A stretch of 62,977 nt of DNA, counting the filler, from Dirinaria sp. TL-2023a (taxonomy: Eukaryota), in the NCBI GenBank assembly GCA_051941275.1. It is 5 parts of 5 records of this genome, joined end to end, with 100 filler letters (N's around TTAATTAATTAA, not from the genome) between each part and the next. Parts side by side here need not be neighbours in the genome. Positions count along the whole stretch, not along the records: positions 50,470 to 62,977 come from JAVEBF010000761.1; 4 more parts are not named here. One strand, 5' to 3'. Made by a program: the position numbers and the translations under genes. Under the pieces are notes generated by a model, which saw nothing but the letters and a program-made list of their open reading frames with translations, searched no databases and was not told the origin of the DNA. Of this stretch, positions 50,995 to 62,977 are shown piece after piece (within the stretch, counting starts at the first letter, position 1; every line of letters starts with the position of its first letter).

Positions 50995-52759
50995 GAGCTT
51001 AAACCCGCCCCTGGACCAGCTTCTTAGAAAACCATTGCCAAGTCATACCTCCACACTTTCTTCCAGTCTTCGACATTCTTCGCTCTGTAATGTCTTATGA
51101 TATCCTGATCGTAGCTTGTGTCTTTCATGAGTAGATACTCCACATCCAAGTCTTGCTTTTTCGCCCCCCTCGCAATCCTGTCCCTGATGACGCGAGTGGA
51201 GTTGTGCATCGTCTTGTCGTCATCTGCAGTCCACCATTCCGCGTGGAGGACAAACCAGGTCTGGTTGACACTCTTCAAGCCGAGCATATTGCTATCGCGA
51301 TCGTGGCCGGCGCGCACAAAACTAGAGGAGATGGGCTGTAGGACAAGCGTCAGCGTATCAGCTGTGACAGATACGATATCATTCATCTCTAGTGCCTCGA
51401 CGACGATCTTGGCGATTTTCTGGAACAACGCGGCGCTACTGGGCTTGAAGCTCGAGGCGAACCAGTCCCACCTATACGATTGAAAAAAAAGAGTTAACGC
51501 GACTTCAATGTTGGGAGACGGGCTCGCAATGATCTGTTTTTATGTACCGTGGCATGGCAGGGACGCGTTGTCCGCTCATCATCTGTGTCAGACTCTGGAT
51601 TTTGGTCGTATCACCGGTGGTGGGAATTGAGTAGAATGGATCAAAGGCCCTGGGCGACGGCTCTGCCTTAAGGTAGATCATATTCAGGACAGCACCAACG
51701 CTGGCGTTGGTGGTAAATGCCTGCATCACAAGATTCGCATACTGGTCCTTATTCGCTGCAGACTGATATGCATCCGCCGCCGAGAACAGGGCTAGTAGCT
51801 GCTCAAACGAGTAGCTCTTGATCCCGCCCCAGAAATCGTGCATAAGAATGCTGGCGAAGATGAATGTTGTCACGATGCCTGATCGCTTGGTGAGATCGTG
51901 GAATCGATTGTTCTTAGAAAGAACGGAGCTTCACTCATATTATTGATTCCGCCTTTTAAAGCTTTGAAAAGATCTCTATTGCTCGTTGCGCTGGCCTGCA
52001 CCGCAGACCCATTTACAACAACTACCTTAGGCAGTGTGAGCTTTGACTGTGAGTTGGATCCTGAAAGTCGGAGAACCTTATCTCAAACTTGACGACACTA
52101 TCGAAGATCAGTCCGTACAGGTTAGACTGATACGAAAGTCCAGCTAAGAGATTAGCGGCCCGTTGATGGTTCAAAGGACAATCAGTTAATGTTATGCATA
52201 CAGCCAAGTGTGAGACCTCTCACACATACGTTCAATTCTCTGCCGCCTACTATTGTGACGTTATATTTATCGAGGTTGCAATAGAGATCCCCCGAGCGAT
52301 TTTCTGTATCAACCATCGCCATGTTCTATGCTGGACGGTATTCACTTCCGTTGAACTTGAACATGTCAATCAATACACCGGCGTCAATATTTGCAGCAAA
52401 TGATGAAGGGCAATAGATACCAGAACGCATCGTAAAATGAGTCTGCGTTTCGATGAGAGTCTTGACCACACCCTGAAGCTCTTCAACACTAATCGGCTGG
52501 ACAATACACGCAGGGTGTTTCCAAGCCGTTTGAGACCTGAAAATGTTGGTGCGAAATCTACTCACTGGGCAAATGAAATGAAAAAACACCAATTTTCTGT
52601 GCTGAGTGGGCTGCATTCACTCTGAAAGGGAGAGAAAGTGACATTGGTCCAATTCAAGTCGAGCTACTGGCAGGCAGCAATAGTCCGGCTGCAAACAGCA
52701 GCAACGCTTGTCAGATAGTAAGTTGCAACAAAAAGCCGTAATGTCTGATGATGGCTCAT
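50995..52759 (-). pseudogene. Degenerate secreted FAD-linked oxidoreductase (VAO/BBE-like family)
   Basis: PACIVQP, GVLIDM, GGR...GLTLG, DLFKALKGG.NN.GIVT and YD..MVF motifs. In-frame TAG at 52666-52664 and 52328-52326; RSGGH-type motif reads RSGIY; apparent GT->AT donor loss at 52081; disrupted C-terminus. Confidence 0.85.
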
Positions 52760-53857
52760 ATTGCTTCAGGTGCTAGTAATTCTTTCTATATGAGACTTCG
52801 CTAAATTTTGAACTTCGTCGTTGATATGTGACACTCATTCGAAGGGGCAGACTGCGCCGAGGTCTTTTATTGTGCCTTGAGAACACATACGGGAGGCCAA
52901 AGAATTGTGTGCCTGCAACTCCACAACCACTCATATTGAATCAGTTATAGTGCGTAGTAACTGGGCAATGCCGGAACGTTTTCCGTAGCTTGCTTCATTC
53001 TTGGCCAAAAAAGGTGTTTACTCGCTTCAAAACTATTCGTCTGAGCCACGGTCGAGAATGCCAGCTGAGTGGGCGATCATGTGCGTTCGGGGATCGTCAA
53101 ATTCATCAGTAGTCCAAGGGAATGCAGCGGTGGATAGATATTTGCAGTGCTCTCTGCGCTTCGCACGTCTAGCCAGAGCGACACTAGACATGTGCTGACT
53201 TTAAATTGGCTTGAGAGAACAAGACTCGAGCAGCTCCATGAGCGCTGATTGGTGTTGAATGGACACTAAAATAGCCATCTAAGTAACCAACGTGAGTCGA
53301 TGGGGGCCATCAGGAAGACCACAGCCTAGATGAAAACGCTGCCATCTCCTGGAAGGCTTGCATGAATCCGTATGGATGGAAGCGCAACTTCTGTGAGTTT
53401 CAACCGCGACAGTCTCCCTATTGAAACATAGATACATACTTCAAAAAGGTTGCACGTAATATAGGAATGCATTGTCTAATGTACCTTGCGTTTGCCCAGT
53501 CTGGCTAAGGGTAACAGCCGTATCCGGTCTCTCGGCGCGCGGGGAGATGTCATGCGTACATGCGTCGGGATCTAGAACCGGAAGAGCGCCTCGATAAGCG
53601 TATCACTAGATCGGATTCAGTGGCATATAGGGTAAGGTATGTACCTATTTGTACCCAGGTACCTTACCTTAAAGGAACATGTGCTGCCTTAGGTTGTATA
53701 TTGTAAGTTACCTACCTGAAGCAATCTTTTTGTTTACGATACACTTCATCTCGTGGCAGCCCAAGGTACCTCAGGTAACGTGGGTTTAAGGTAGGTAGGT
53801 AGGTAGAGCTCAGATCCTGAAGGAGCTTCAAAAATGTAATTTCTTCCCATCCCAGTC

Positions 53858-54939
53858 ATGGGCGGTACTATCATCATCACGGGAGCCAACGGATCCCTTG
53901 CCATTCCCGCTGTCCAACACCTCCTGACCCATTATCCCGACTACACTCCCCTTCTGACTGTCCGCAACGCTTCCGAAGCCGACGTGAACACCAACAAGCT
54001 TCGAAGCATTCTCGCCCGCTTCCCCGATATCAAAAGTGCCATTGTCGAACTTGATCTGGCCAGTCTCTCCGCCGTGCAAGACTTCTCCAGCTCGATCGCC
54101 GCCGACATCGCAGCTGGCAAGCTGCCGCCTATTGCAGCCATAGTCTGCAATGCTTACTACTGGAATCTTGTGCAAGACGTCCAAATCACCGAGAATGGAT
54201 ACGAGAAAACCTTCCAGGTCTCACATCTTGCCCATGTCTCCCTAGTGCTACGACTTCTGAGCAGCTTTGTAACGGCGGGTGGCCGAGTCGTGCTTCTTTC
54301 CAGCGACGCTCACTAACCAAGGAAGAACAGTCTCGAAAAGTACCCGCCGACGCTTCCGGAGGATTTGGACCTGCTCGTCAAGCCAGATGTCCGCAAGACT
54401 CCGGACGACTTCGGGTGGAAGTTTCAAAGATACGCGAATTCGAAGCTGGCGATTGTTACTTGGATGTATGCACTGAATTCGCATTTGGAGAAGGTGGATT
54501 GTTCTCTTTTTTTTTTTTTTTTTTTTTTTTTAGGAAAAATTTGACAGCACTCATTTGTAACCAGTGCACAGATCCGACTTTGAGTCAGATCACCGCTGTC
54601 GCCATCAACCCCGGTAACCTGTCAAACTCACGTACCCTGCAAACCAACACCCCCACCATGCTGTACTATTTATCCAAATTCATCATCCGGCCCCTGCGGC
54701 CTCTGCTCCGCCTCATGGACCCGACAATGCGCACAGCAGCCGAGGCAGCCTCCGATGTGATCGATCTCGCAACGGACAAGGCGTATCCTCGGCAAAGAGG
54801 TTACTTCACGCTGCTCAAAAAGGACGAGGGCGCGCCGGAAAGCCGAGACCAGGAGAAGCAGCGAAAGATTTGGGCGAAGAGCGCACAGTGGGCTCGGATC
54901 ACTCCGGAGAACACAGCTCTTAAAGCCGCACTTGAATGA
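53858..54939 (+). pseudogene. Short-chain dehydrogenase/reductase with a single in-frame TAA (54314-54316)
   Basis: IIITGANGSLA, ELDLASL, VCNA, VLLSSDAH*PRKN..., catalytic YANSK (54431-54445), AINPG; frame continues past the stop; one intron ~54494-54564. Confidence 0.75.
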
Positions 54940-55496
54940 TGAGTGAGCGAGAGCCGGCGAAGTGGGGGGCGGCGTTCTGGAAGAGCGCTGGGGGAGAAGG
55001 TGCCCGTTTGCTAATCAACCCATTCAAATGCATGTGCTTTTGTTTTTTAATCTAAGAAACAAAAATCCATACCCTACCTCACTCCCTCCTCATCGAAGTC
55101 CGTGAAACTAACTTCTTTTACACACGTACCTTCCCCTCTGATCCTCCGTAGTTAGGGTAGTTCACTCGACCCCTGCATGGTCCGTAAAACGTCTCTTTCA
55201 TCTTGTCGCAAGCCCAATTCCGAACCCGATGTCCACTGCCGATAAAAAGGGCTGGTAGCCCATAAAAGTCACCGATCCCAACTTCCCGAGCCTTCCAAAA
55301 CGCGCATTCTCGAAGGAAGGAAGCGATAGATAGATAGGATCCGCCGGCAATCGAATATCGCTTTGCATTGGAAGTCGTTAGCTTGGGGGGTGGGAAATGG
55401 TTTGTAGATTTATCGCTTTGATATCTCTGCCTTTTCAAAATCCAAAAAACGTCAAAAAAAAAAGAAGAAAAGAAAAAAGAACACTAATGATCGTCC

Positions 55497-55518
55497 GAGA
55501 CAGACAGACAGACAGACA

Positions 55519-55588
<70 letters not shown>
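55497..55588. repeat. Compound microsatellite (GACA)n(CA)n(GA)n
   Basis: Directly visible. Confidence 0.98.
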
Positions 55589-55591
<3 letters not shown>

Positions 55592-56870
55592 GGGGTCTTT
55601 ACGCATTAATATGGTGGTTGGGATCGGGGATTGGAGAACAGTATGCTTCAGGAAAATCTCATTCTCGGTGCTGAAGTGCGTCCCCAAATCGAATAAATAC
55701 CTCAGGACGCATCTTTGCTCCCCCAAAGCCCCAAAGTAAGGACGTAATACCCAGATATAAGTAAATCATCAAGACGGACCCCTCTCGCAGCTCGCTCTTG
55801 GCAATAACCTCCCTACCTTAAGGTAGCCAGGCTTCTAGATGCATTCTGAAGCGTCTTTCAATGCAGCCGCTATAAGTACTGACTTTAGCTTCAGTGTGTG
55901 CTGTGCGGAGAGGCGCTGGTCCGAATGGGGGGCTTCTCGGCTCTGCTTGTTTAGCCTGGTACTCGAACTCGTACTTCAGCTCCAATTCATGTGCTTGTGA
56001 CACTCGCTAACAGTCAAGATGGCGCCGAGCTCCGAGCAGGCTTTTTGCGTCTTGTCAAATGTGCAGAAAATGCGTTCCCTGCACGAGAATGAGCGATAGC
56101 CTCACAGAATGTGCCTTCTTCATTAATGGCCAGTACTCGTACCGGTGAAGCTGGCGCCTTTTTTTTTTTTTTCGCAGTCTCTTCTCATAACTACCTGTGA
56201 TGGGCCGGGATCAAGACGTTTCACTTCACACGCAAAATATTGGCAACGAAAAAGTTCCTACAATAAGTGGGATGCTGCGGGTGACTCAAGGGTTTTAGTG
56301 AAGAAGACAGATCCAACATGTAAGATTACTTTAAGCCGGAAAGGCTTGTCAACCGCTCTTCCAGCGCAGCGTCGTCCAAGCAAAAGCGCACACACGGCGC
56401 CGCCCTTACGAGCTTTGGATCCGTATTTTGAGCACCCCTCGACGGCAATGACAAGAACGTTGTGAAAATGGCTTTCTTCTGCATCCTTCCTGGGTTCGGT
56501 CCAGCTTTCAGCGCCTGAGTCTTTGGTGCGCGTACAGGCTATGAGGTACGATAGGTTTGCACCTAGGTTCCTGTTGTTTCCTCGAGAACCAGTAGAGTAA
56601 TGATATGGTGCATGATTAATCATCACGGTTACTTATCGATGCGACCGAGCGCTGTTTGACAGCTCGTTGGCACTCTGCCGTGGATCTGTTGACGATATGT
56701 TGTCTTCTATTACTGTATATAAGGCCGCATGTAGACTCTTAATTGACTCATCTGAGCTTGTTTTAATTGAGGCCAGTGGGGCGCTGCTCTTATATATATA
56801 TGTGGAGCTTGTTGCGGTTTGTGATTCAACACAGTCTGACCTCTTCCCCGCCCCCAAACAGGAATGCGTC

Positions 56871-58514
56871 TCAACGTTTCAGTCTCGCTGTCAAGGCTGC
56901 AAGCATGAGGAGCACGAAAATCAATGAAGCGGTCAGGAAGTTGATGCCATCGGATCCGTGGTCTTTCCTGCGTCCAATAGAGAACAAACGAGCCATAACT
57001 GGACCGCCAATCAGTTTGCCGATAACCTCGAGCACCGTGGCCAAAGTCAATAAGCGAGCGTTGTAAGAGCCATCGATGAGCGAAGTCGCAAGCCCCTTCA
57101 GAGAAGGCTCGAAACCTTCACCAAGGCCACAGATGAAGAGCCCAAACGCCATCATCCAGCTTGCTTTGGACTGCCATAGAATCGCGAAGCCGATAGCTGC
57201 AATCAGCAAGCTAAATCGGATGACGTTCAAGTCAAGCTTTTTCGCATGGTGATCTTTCCAGTCCAGGTAAGTAGACAGCAAGGGGAGAAACACGAATGTG
57301 GCCAAGGAAGAGCCTACTGCTTCGGAAAACCGGAGCCAATTAGTTCTGCTCATTGGCCAGTGAAAGGTCTCCGATGCATGCTGGTAGACGAACGCCCGGC
57401 TGATTAGAGCGATCGGTCTTAACACAAAAAGAGCAAGGCAGAATGGGAGCCCGGGGACTTTGAGGAGTTGAATAACGTCTGTGAAGGTTTTGGCGAAGTA
57501 TTTCCAGAATACCGGCTCATCCGGTTTATTCTGGGGAGCAATTATGGCTGGCGACGACTCTGGGTTTGATAGTGGCTGCTCAGAATGAAGTAAGGGAGTC
57601 GTGGCGCTGGGGAAAGCAGTAGGGATTTGGATCTTGTGCAAATTCTCCAAAGACTCAGGCATAGCCCATATCACTAGGAAGCCTGTAGACAGGCACCCTG
57701 CTGCAATGGCAAATGGTATCCAAATGTCGATGTTCATGAACAAGTTCGAGAACAGAGGAGCGATCAGCGTCGTTAGATGCGGAACAGAGGCGAGAATGTA
57801 CATATATCTCGTCCTCTGCGGTTGCTGAAGTATGTCTGCCAAAATGACAAACACGATCGACTTCGCGATGCGCTGTCCCCCACCCTATTTGGATGCAATT
57901 AGGACACCGGTACTTTGAGCTAGAGGGACACTCACTACGAGGACGAAAACCGAAGAAGCCCAAACAAGCTTAACAGGTAGTACTTCGTTCGCATAGCAGA
58001 CAACGACAACCCATATTAGGCTGCATAGAAGCCCCAAACAGGAAAGAGACAAGATTGCACGCCTTCCGACTCGGTCTGCAAGTCGTCCATAGAGCAATGC
58101 TGTTAGCAATCCAGGCACGGCGTCGAAAGCGAATCGCCAGCCTACAAGAAAAGCGAGCTCGTTCTGGATCTGAGGGATCTTGCAACTCTTTTCGTCAATA
58201 TTTGCAGCTTGAAAATATACTTGGCTGACGAGCTGCTGGTTGCGATAGTATCGGTTGCAGATTGCGATTTCGAAAAGACGTATCGTTGGAACCTCAATGA
58301 TATGTTTGGCAAAGCTGATCAGGAATTGGAGGCAGAGGACACATGCAACAATCTTGGATTCTCGTCGAAGCCCACTGCCACTTAGATTTTGTAGGGAAAG
58401 CAGTCGTCGCCAGTAGCTCCGCGGCTCTCGTGTATCAACTGAACGGCCGGAAGGACTGGTAGAACGCAGCAACGGCTCCTCCTCAGTGCGAGGCCTTGTA
58501 GTCATACCATTCAT
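56871..58514 (-). CDS. MFS transporter (SLC46/efflux-like)
   Basis: PTIRLFEIAICNRYY, CKIPQIQNELA, motif A YGRLADRVGRR, about 12 TM segments; one intron ~57886-57934. Confidence 0.9.
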
Positions 58515-59795
58515 ACCCAGATCGTACAAGAAACAGAAGAGATGAATTCAGAATCATTAGATCATCAGCATTGAAAAAGCAACAAGCAGCAAGGAACCCG
58601 TTGTGGCTATGCTCCGACAACAAACGCACCACAGGAAGGCTTTGGCTGGATTTGAAACATGCTCAAGCCCAGCCGGCATTTGTGCAGTGAATGTTGGCCG
58701 ACACAACTATTACTGCTCCAACATTGTCTCTCGTGTAAATGCGTGAGTCTGGTAAATCCAAGGAGAACCAACAAGGCGTGATAAGAAGTCGGGTGGAGAT
58801 CATGCAGCGCTCAGCCCTGCCCAGATCTCGTGATGTCGATCAAGTACCCCGAACTTCCCTTGATTTCATGTAGCGAGTAGTATCCGGCGAGCACCTCATG
58901 GCTGGAAATTGCCCTTTTCCCAAGCAAAAGTCCCATTCCACACTGTTCGAGGTGAGATTATTCGAGCAAAAAGGTAGCGTGCGCTTTCCATACACACCAA
59001 GCGTAGGTAGGTGCCTGATCACTCGCGACTGTTTGCTGCATCAGTGCTGCATACTGTACGTAGAACCAAGCGTGTCTTAATGTACTGCCAGCTTCTTCTC
59101 AAACCGTAAACCAAGGCCTACTACGCATTGAGGGTATCAGAATGACCACAGTGTGGACAATTCGATACGGGCCGGGATCAAGCAGTGTGAAGTGGAACGA
59201 AGAGGGGATGATAAGCATGAACCTAAAGCAAAAAGAAGTGAACATAACCGAGTAGAGTGGTAAATGCTTCGAATGCATGCCAGTTATATTGTTGCTTAGC
59301 TTCGAAAATCATCGCTGTGTAACTATTGTACATAGATTGTCTCGCAACCCAAGCCGCCCATTGGAAAGCTCTACTATCTTTTCACGACACAACCACAGCC
59401 TGCTTCCCAAATATCCCCCCACCCTCTGATTGTCAAGGGCTCTTCCCGGGTAACTGTCCATTCTCGTAGGCTTCAAAACGAGAGCCTATGGCAGGACTAC
59501 CAAGATCTCCCTCGATCAAAGGTTGCCAATAAGATGTTTTCTAAAGCAAACGAGGTATCTCTCAGAAAAAACAAGATTAGATGGTAGAGGAGGCTTCGTC
59601 CAAAAGAGCATCCAACAGGACCAGCCTGAGCGCTGGTGGCACGGAGCGAAGAGAGGCGCATTAGATAGCAAGCGCTAGCGCCAGCCTGCACATGTACGTC
59701 TATGTCAGGTTCAGGAATGAAGGACGTCTTGTGACTCTATACCTTTATAGCGGAGACTTGAAGGAGAATCGTATCATCGTTAGATGGTCGCGTCA

Positions 59796-62564
59796 TCAGT
59801 AAGCTGCCTCCACACCAAGTTCCACGTTCTCCGACATGACGGTTCCCGAAGCGACAGCGTCCTCATAACCACCTAATGCTTGCGCATGCAGTTTGAAGGA
59901 CTCGCCCATCAGCTTGGTGATCCTAAAAAAGCCGTAAGCGATACTGGAAGAGTAATGCGCGATTTAGACCTACCCCCAGACGACCACATCGTCAAGCATG
60001 CTGCCCCACAACTCTGCAACCACGGAACTCATCTTCGCCCCGATAGATTCGTCGCTGAAGAGATTCCGTATTTGGTTGTACATGTTGCATTCTTCTTCCG
60101 TAGCCCTTTCGTCGTCATTCTCGACCCGGTACAGCCAGAGACTAAGGATGACGATGAGGTCGAGGCCGCATAGCGGGTGCTCGACACTCCAATTCGTAGC
60201 GCACGTCCTCCCGATCCACTTAATCCCTTGTTGAGCGACTATTTCGACGCATTTGTAGCATTCTTGTATGACTTTGATCATTTCCTCGGACCGCTTGACC
60301 TTGTCTCTTGCGGCGCTCATTGCCGCGGCGACTTCGTACGGGTCGTGATACCGCAACGCCTCTTGTATCGATTTCAAATCAACCTCCAGGCGAGCACGGG
60401 TATTTCGATAGACAGCCATAGCGTTGAAGATGAGAGGATGGCCCTTGTGCGGTGCATTTAGTTGGACAACAATGGTCTCCGGCTCGCACTGCTCGAGCGA
60501 CTTCTCCCATGTTTCAAGAGCCAGACGGAGCTTGTATTCCGTCACAACGTCCTGCAATGCCTCGAAACTGCGTTTATGGTACCAAACTTCTAGGAATAAT
60601 GCATTGATCATGACCCGTGTTGCAAAAGCACTGTAACGGACCGACTCGCCTTGGAATAGACTGTCATGGGCTTCTCGCACAGTTATGATCGTGGAGGCCA
60701 TCAAGCTGCCTCGCCATGAATCCTCGTCTGCTACTTCCAGGTTCCATAATGACTCTGAAGAGGGGAGGTCAAAGGTGTCGAATTCGTTGAAGCCAATTGC
60801 TGGTGTGTGGTTATAGGTCAGTGTCAGCATGCCGAGGAAGATGTATACAGCGTAGTAGGTACGCCTGCATCCTTCGTCCTCAACCCACTCTTGATGGCTT
60901 GGCTGTGCCCCTCCTCGCGCGTCGGAACGGAGCTTCATCTCGTAGCGATTGCCCGCGACCATCTGCACAGATGTCAGCTTGATTCACTTTGGTTTCGTTG
61001 CAGACTGACGTTGGTGAGCAAGCTCTTGATCGAGCATGCCCATTCCAGTCCTTTAGCATCACCGCTCCAGCTGGCAAAAATCATGTTCAATAGCGTACTC
61101 TGTATCAGCCAGAGCGGGCACTTCCGCGAATCAAAGCTCTCTTTCGTCTGGAGAAATTGGTTGACGAGCGACTTTGATCCAATGTGCGAAAGGAACGCCT
61201 TATCTTGGCTAAATGTATAGAGCGCTCCTATGGACAGCACTGAAAGCAACAGAGCCGGAGACACCTCACTTGGCTTGAAAGACTCGGGATGAAGAAAAGG
61301 GAGGTGGGGGTGGAAGAGATTGAAGTAGGCTGTCAGGCAGGCGTTGATATCCTCCATGTTCTGCTGTTGAAAGTTGGCTTGGGTTGATCCTTCGTTGTCG
61401 CATTGCTTCATGTTCTCTTGCATTGCTTCGAACTCTTCCTGCGACTTGATCTGGGGTGCTTTGGGTGTAGTCAGTGGTTGGCTCGGGCCAGGCGACCGTC
61501 TGTAGTCGACGGGCGATACTGGCCCGGTCAGGAAGGGATACGGGGACAGGCCGTTCGGCGTAGCAGGTCCCGAGATGGGCATGGGGTTAGTAATCGATTG
61601 CAAAGACGGAGCGAGTGTGTCGCCACCTGAAGGATATCTCTCCATAAGTGGAGGGAGTTGGTTCGGGTGAGTGTGGGGCTGGACGGTACTCGACGAATTA
61701 AAGGAAAGCTGCGACACTTGAGAATCTTGCGAACCAGAAACACTTGAAGAAACGGAGTGAGCTTTGGGTTGGATTACCGGTTGCGACATGAAAGTATCCC
61801 ACGGCATCTGAGGCAACGGCACCGCACCCGAGAGATACGGTACCGAGGTGTCAAACATCGTGGTGTGATCAGGCGAGTAGGACGCCGCATTGTCGTTCAT
61901 GTCGTCGTCTTGATTGGCCATGGCGGCAGTAGCTTTGTGATGAAGGTCGGTCATCAACATTGCAGCAGTCTCAAGGTCAACCATACCATCACTGCTTGCC
62001 TCAATCTGTTCCAGCGTCGCTGTATTATCCAAATCCATGGGTCCCTTGGAGGGGCCGGCGGGGGAGTTGGCGGTCGCTTTCGCGCCGGGTCGTCGCTTGA
62101 CTTCGCTGACCAGGGGGACTCCCCCATCTTTGGCATGGACGGTGCGGTCGTGTCGGAGCAGGAGATCTCGACGCACAAAAGTACTGCGACATTTCAGGCA
62201 TTTGAAGGGCCGTTCTTTTGTGTCTGCGATGGCGACACAACGTCAGTAAGAAGGTTTTTATTGCATTTGACAAGAGTGTTGTAAGGGTTAAGGCAGGGAA
62301 GGTAAGTAGGTAAGGTAGAGAGTGAAAAGGGACCAAGTGGGAGAACTTCGACGACCCCACCATGGCTCCACGACCCCGCGGACTAATGTGGGCAAGCAAA
62401 CAAATAAACTTACGCGATCGCTCATGTCTGCTTCGATGTTCACTCCGACTGAATGCGCGACTGCAAAAGGTACACTTGTACTTCTTCTCCGGCACCGCGG
62501 ACGGTCTTCGATTCGGAGTGGGTGCGGAGTCAGTGGGCGAAGTGGCGGTCGCTGCGGCAGGCAT
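59796..62564 (-). CDS. C2H2 zinc-finger transcription factor with fungal-specific TF (MHR) domain
   Basis: CTFCSRAFSRSEHRSRHERSHTKERPFKCLKCRSTFVRRDLLLRHDRTVH; YFNLFHPHLPFLH, SIGALY and EGCRRTYYAVY; three introns; ends ...GVEAAY*. Confidence 0.92.
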
Positions 62565-62977
62565 TATACAAATGGAGGAACAGATTGCGACTCGCTGGCG
62601 AGAGTGAAATCTGATCGTGAATGGTCGTCGGTGTGATTTGGGTCAGCGCCAACGAGGGAACTCTGGGGCATCCCTCAGTAGTCGTGGGTGGTGAGAGGGG
62701 AGGGGCGGGAGTCCGAGTCGGAGGGAGAAAGTGGTAAGTGGGTTCGTAGCTCGTTCGCGTAAACTCTTCTGGGTGTAGTGGCTGGCTATGAGCGCATGTG
62801 GAAGGTAAAGTAAGATGGGTGAAGGCGTGTGGGTTCGACGAGGACTAGGATTGTGTGATAATGTTGGTATTAACAGTATTATTATGGATGACTGAGAGAG
62901 GACTGGTATTGTTTGCTGGATGAATCTGGGAGGAGATGATGGGTTTCGAATAATTATTTTGGAGGGGTGTCTGATTT

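Noticed and set aside
55818..56626. Short ORFs and splice-like signals between the SDR and the MFS gene
   Set aside because: No recognisable protein or consistent exon chain.
37860..62564. One large secondary-metabolite cluster (GliK, PPTase, FAD oxidase, SDR, MFS, TF)
   Set aside because: Spans an artificial linker at 50370-50469 and has no backbone enzyme; the PPTase and C2H2 TF look like ordinary conserved genes.

Overview
Fungal nuclear DNA (filamentous ascomycete, Pezizomycotina) with short GT-AG spliceosomal introns. The window is NOT one locus. It is five contigs (12521, 12520, 12518, 12510 and 12508 bp, i.e. size-sorted) joined by 100-bp N44-TTAATTAATTAA-N44 linkers, so gene neighbourhood is only meaningful within a contig. 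Contig 1: orphan membrane-protein gene (runs off the left edge), QCR10, an EPS1-type PDI, a SUR7/PalI protein, mannitol-1-phosphate dehydrogenase and a 603-aa repeat-containing orphan. Contig 2: eRF1/SUP45, AVT1-type transporter, prephenate dehydratase, GH3 beta-glucosidase and a secreted Ser/Thr-repeat protein. Contig 3: ARC18, TRM6, a MINDY deubiquitinase and a Pin4-type RRM-R3H protein. Contig 4: GliK-like GGCT, Sfp-type PPTase, a ~1790-aa protein with meiotic-axis (Red1/Rec10/SYCP2-like) architecture and a WRN-type exonuclease. Contig 5: a decayed FAD-oxidoreductase, an SDR with one premature stop, an MFS transporter and a C2H2 transcription factor. The strongest observations: (i) the eRF1 gene ends in a leaky UGA-CGG stop followed by a ~111-codon in-frame extension crossing a predicted 3'-UTR intron (readthrough/NMD autoregulation architecture); (ii) the candidate meiotic axis core gene; (iii) a dense CTATTGT/ACAATAG HMG-box-like motif cluster upstream of an orphan membrane gene; (iv) a recurrent, often palindromic TAAGGTA/TACCTTA intergenic motif. 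No tRNA, rRNA, CRISPR or intact mobile element could be supported. All gene models and family calls were made by eye, without database searches.
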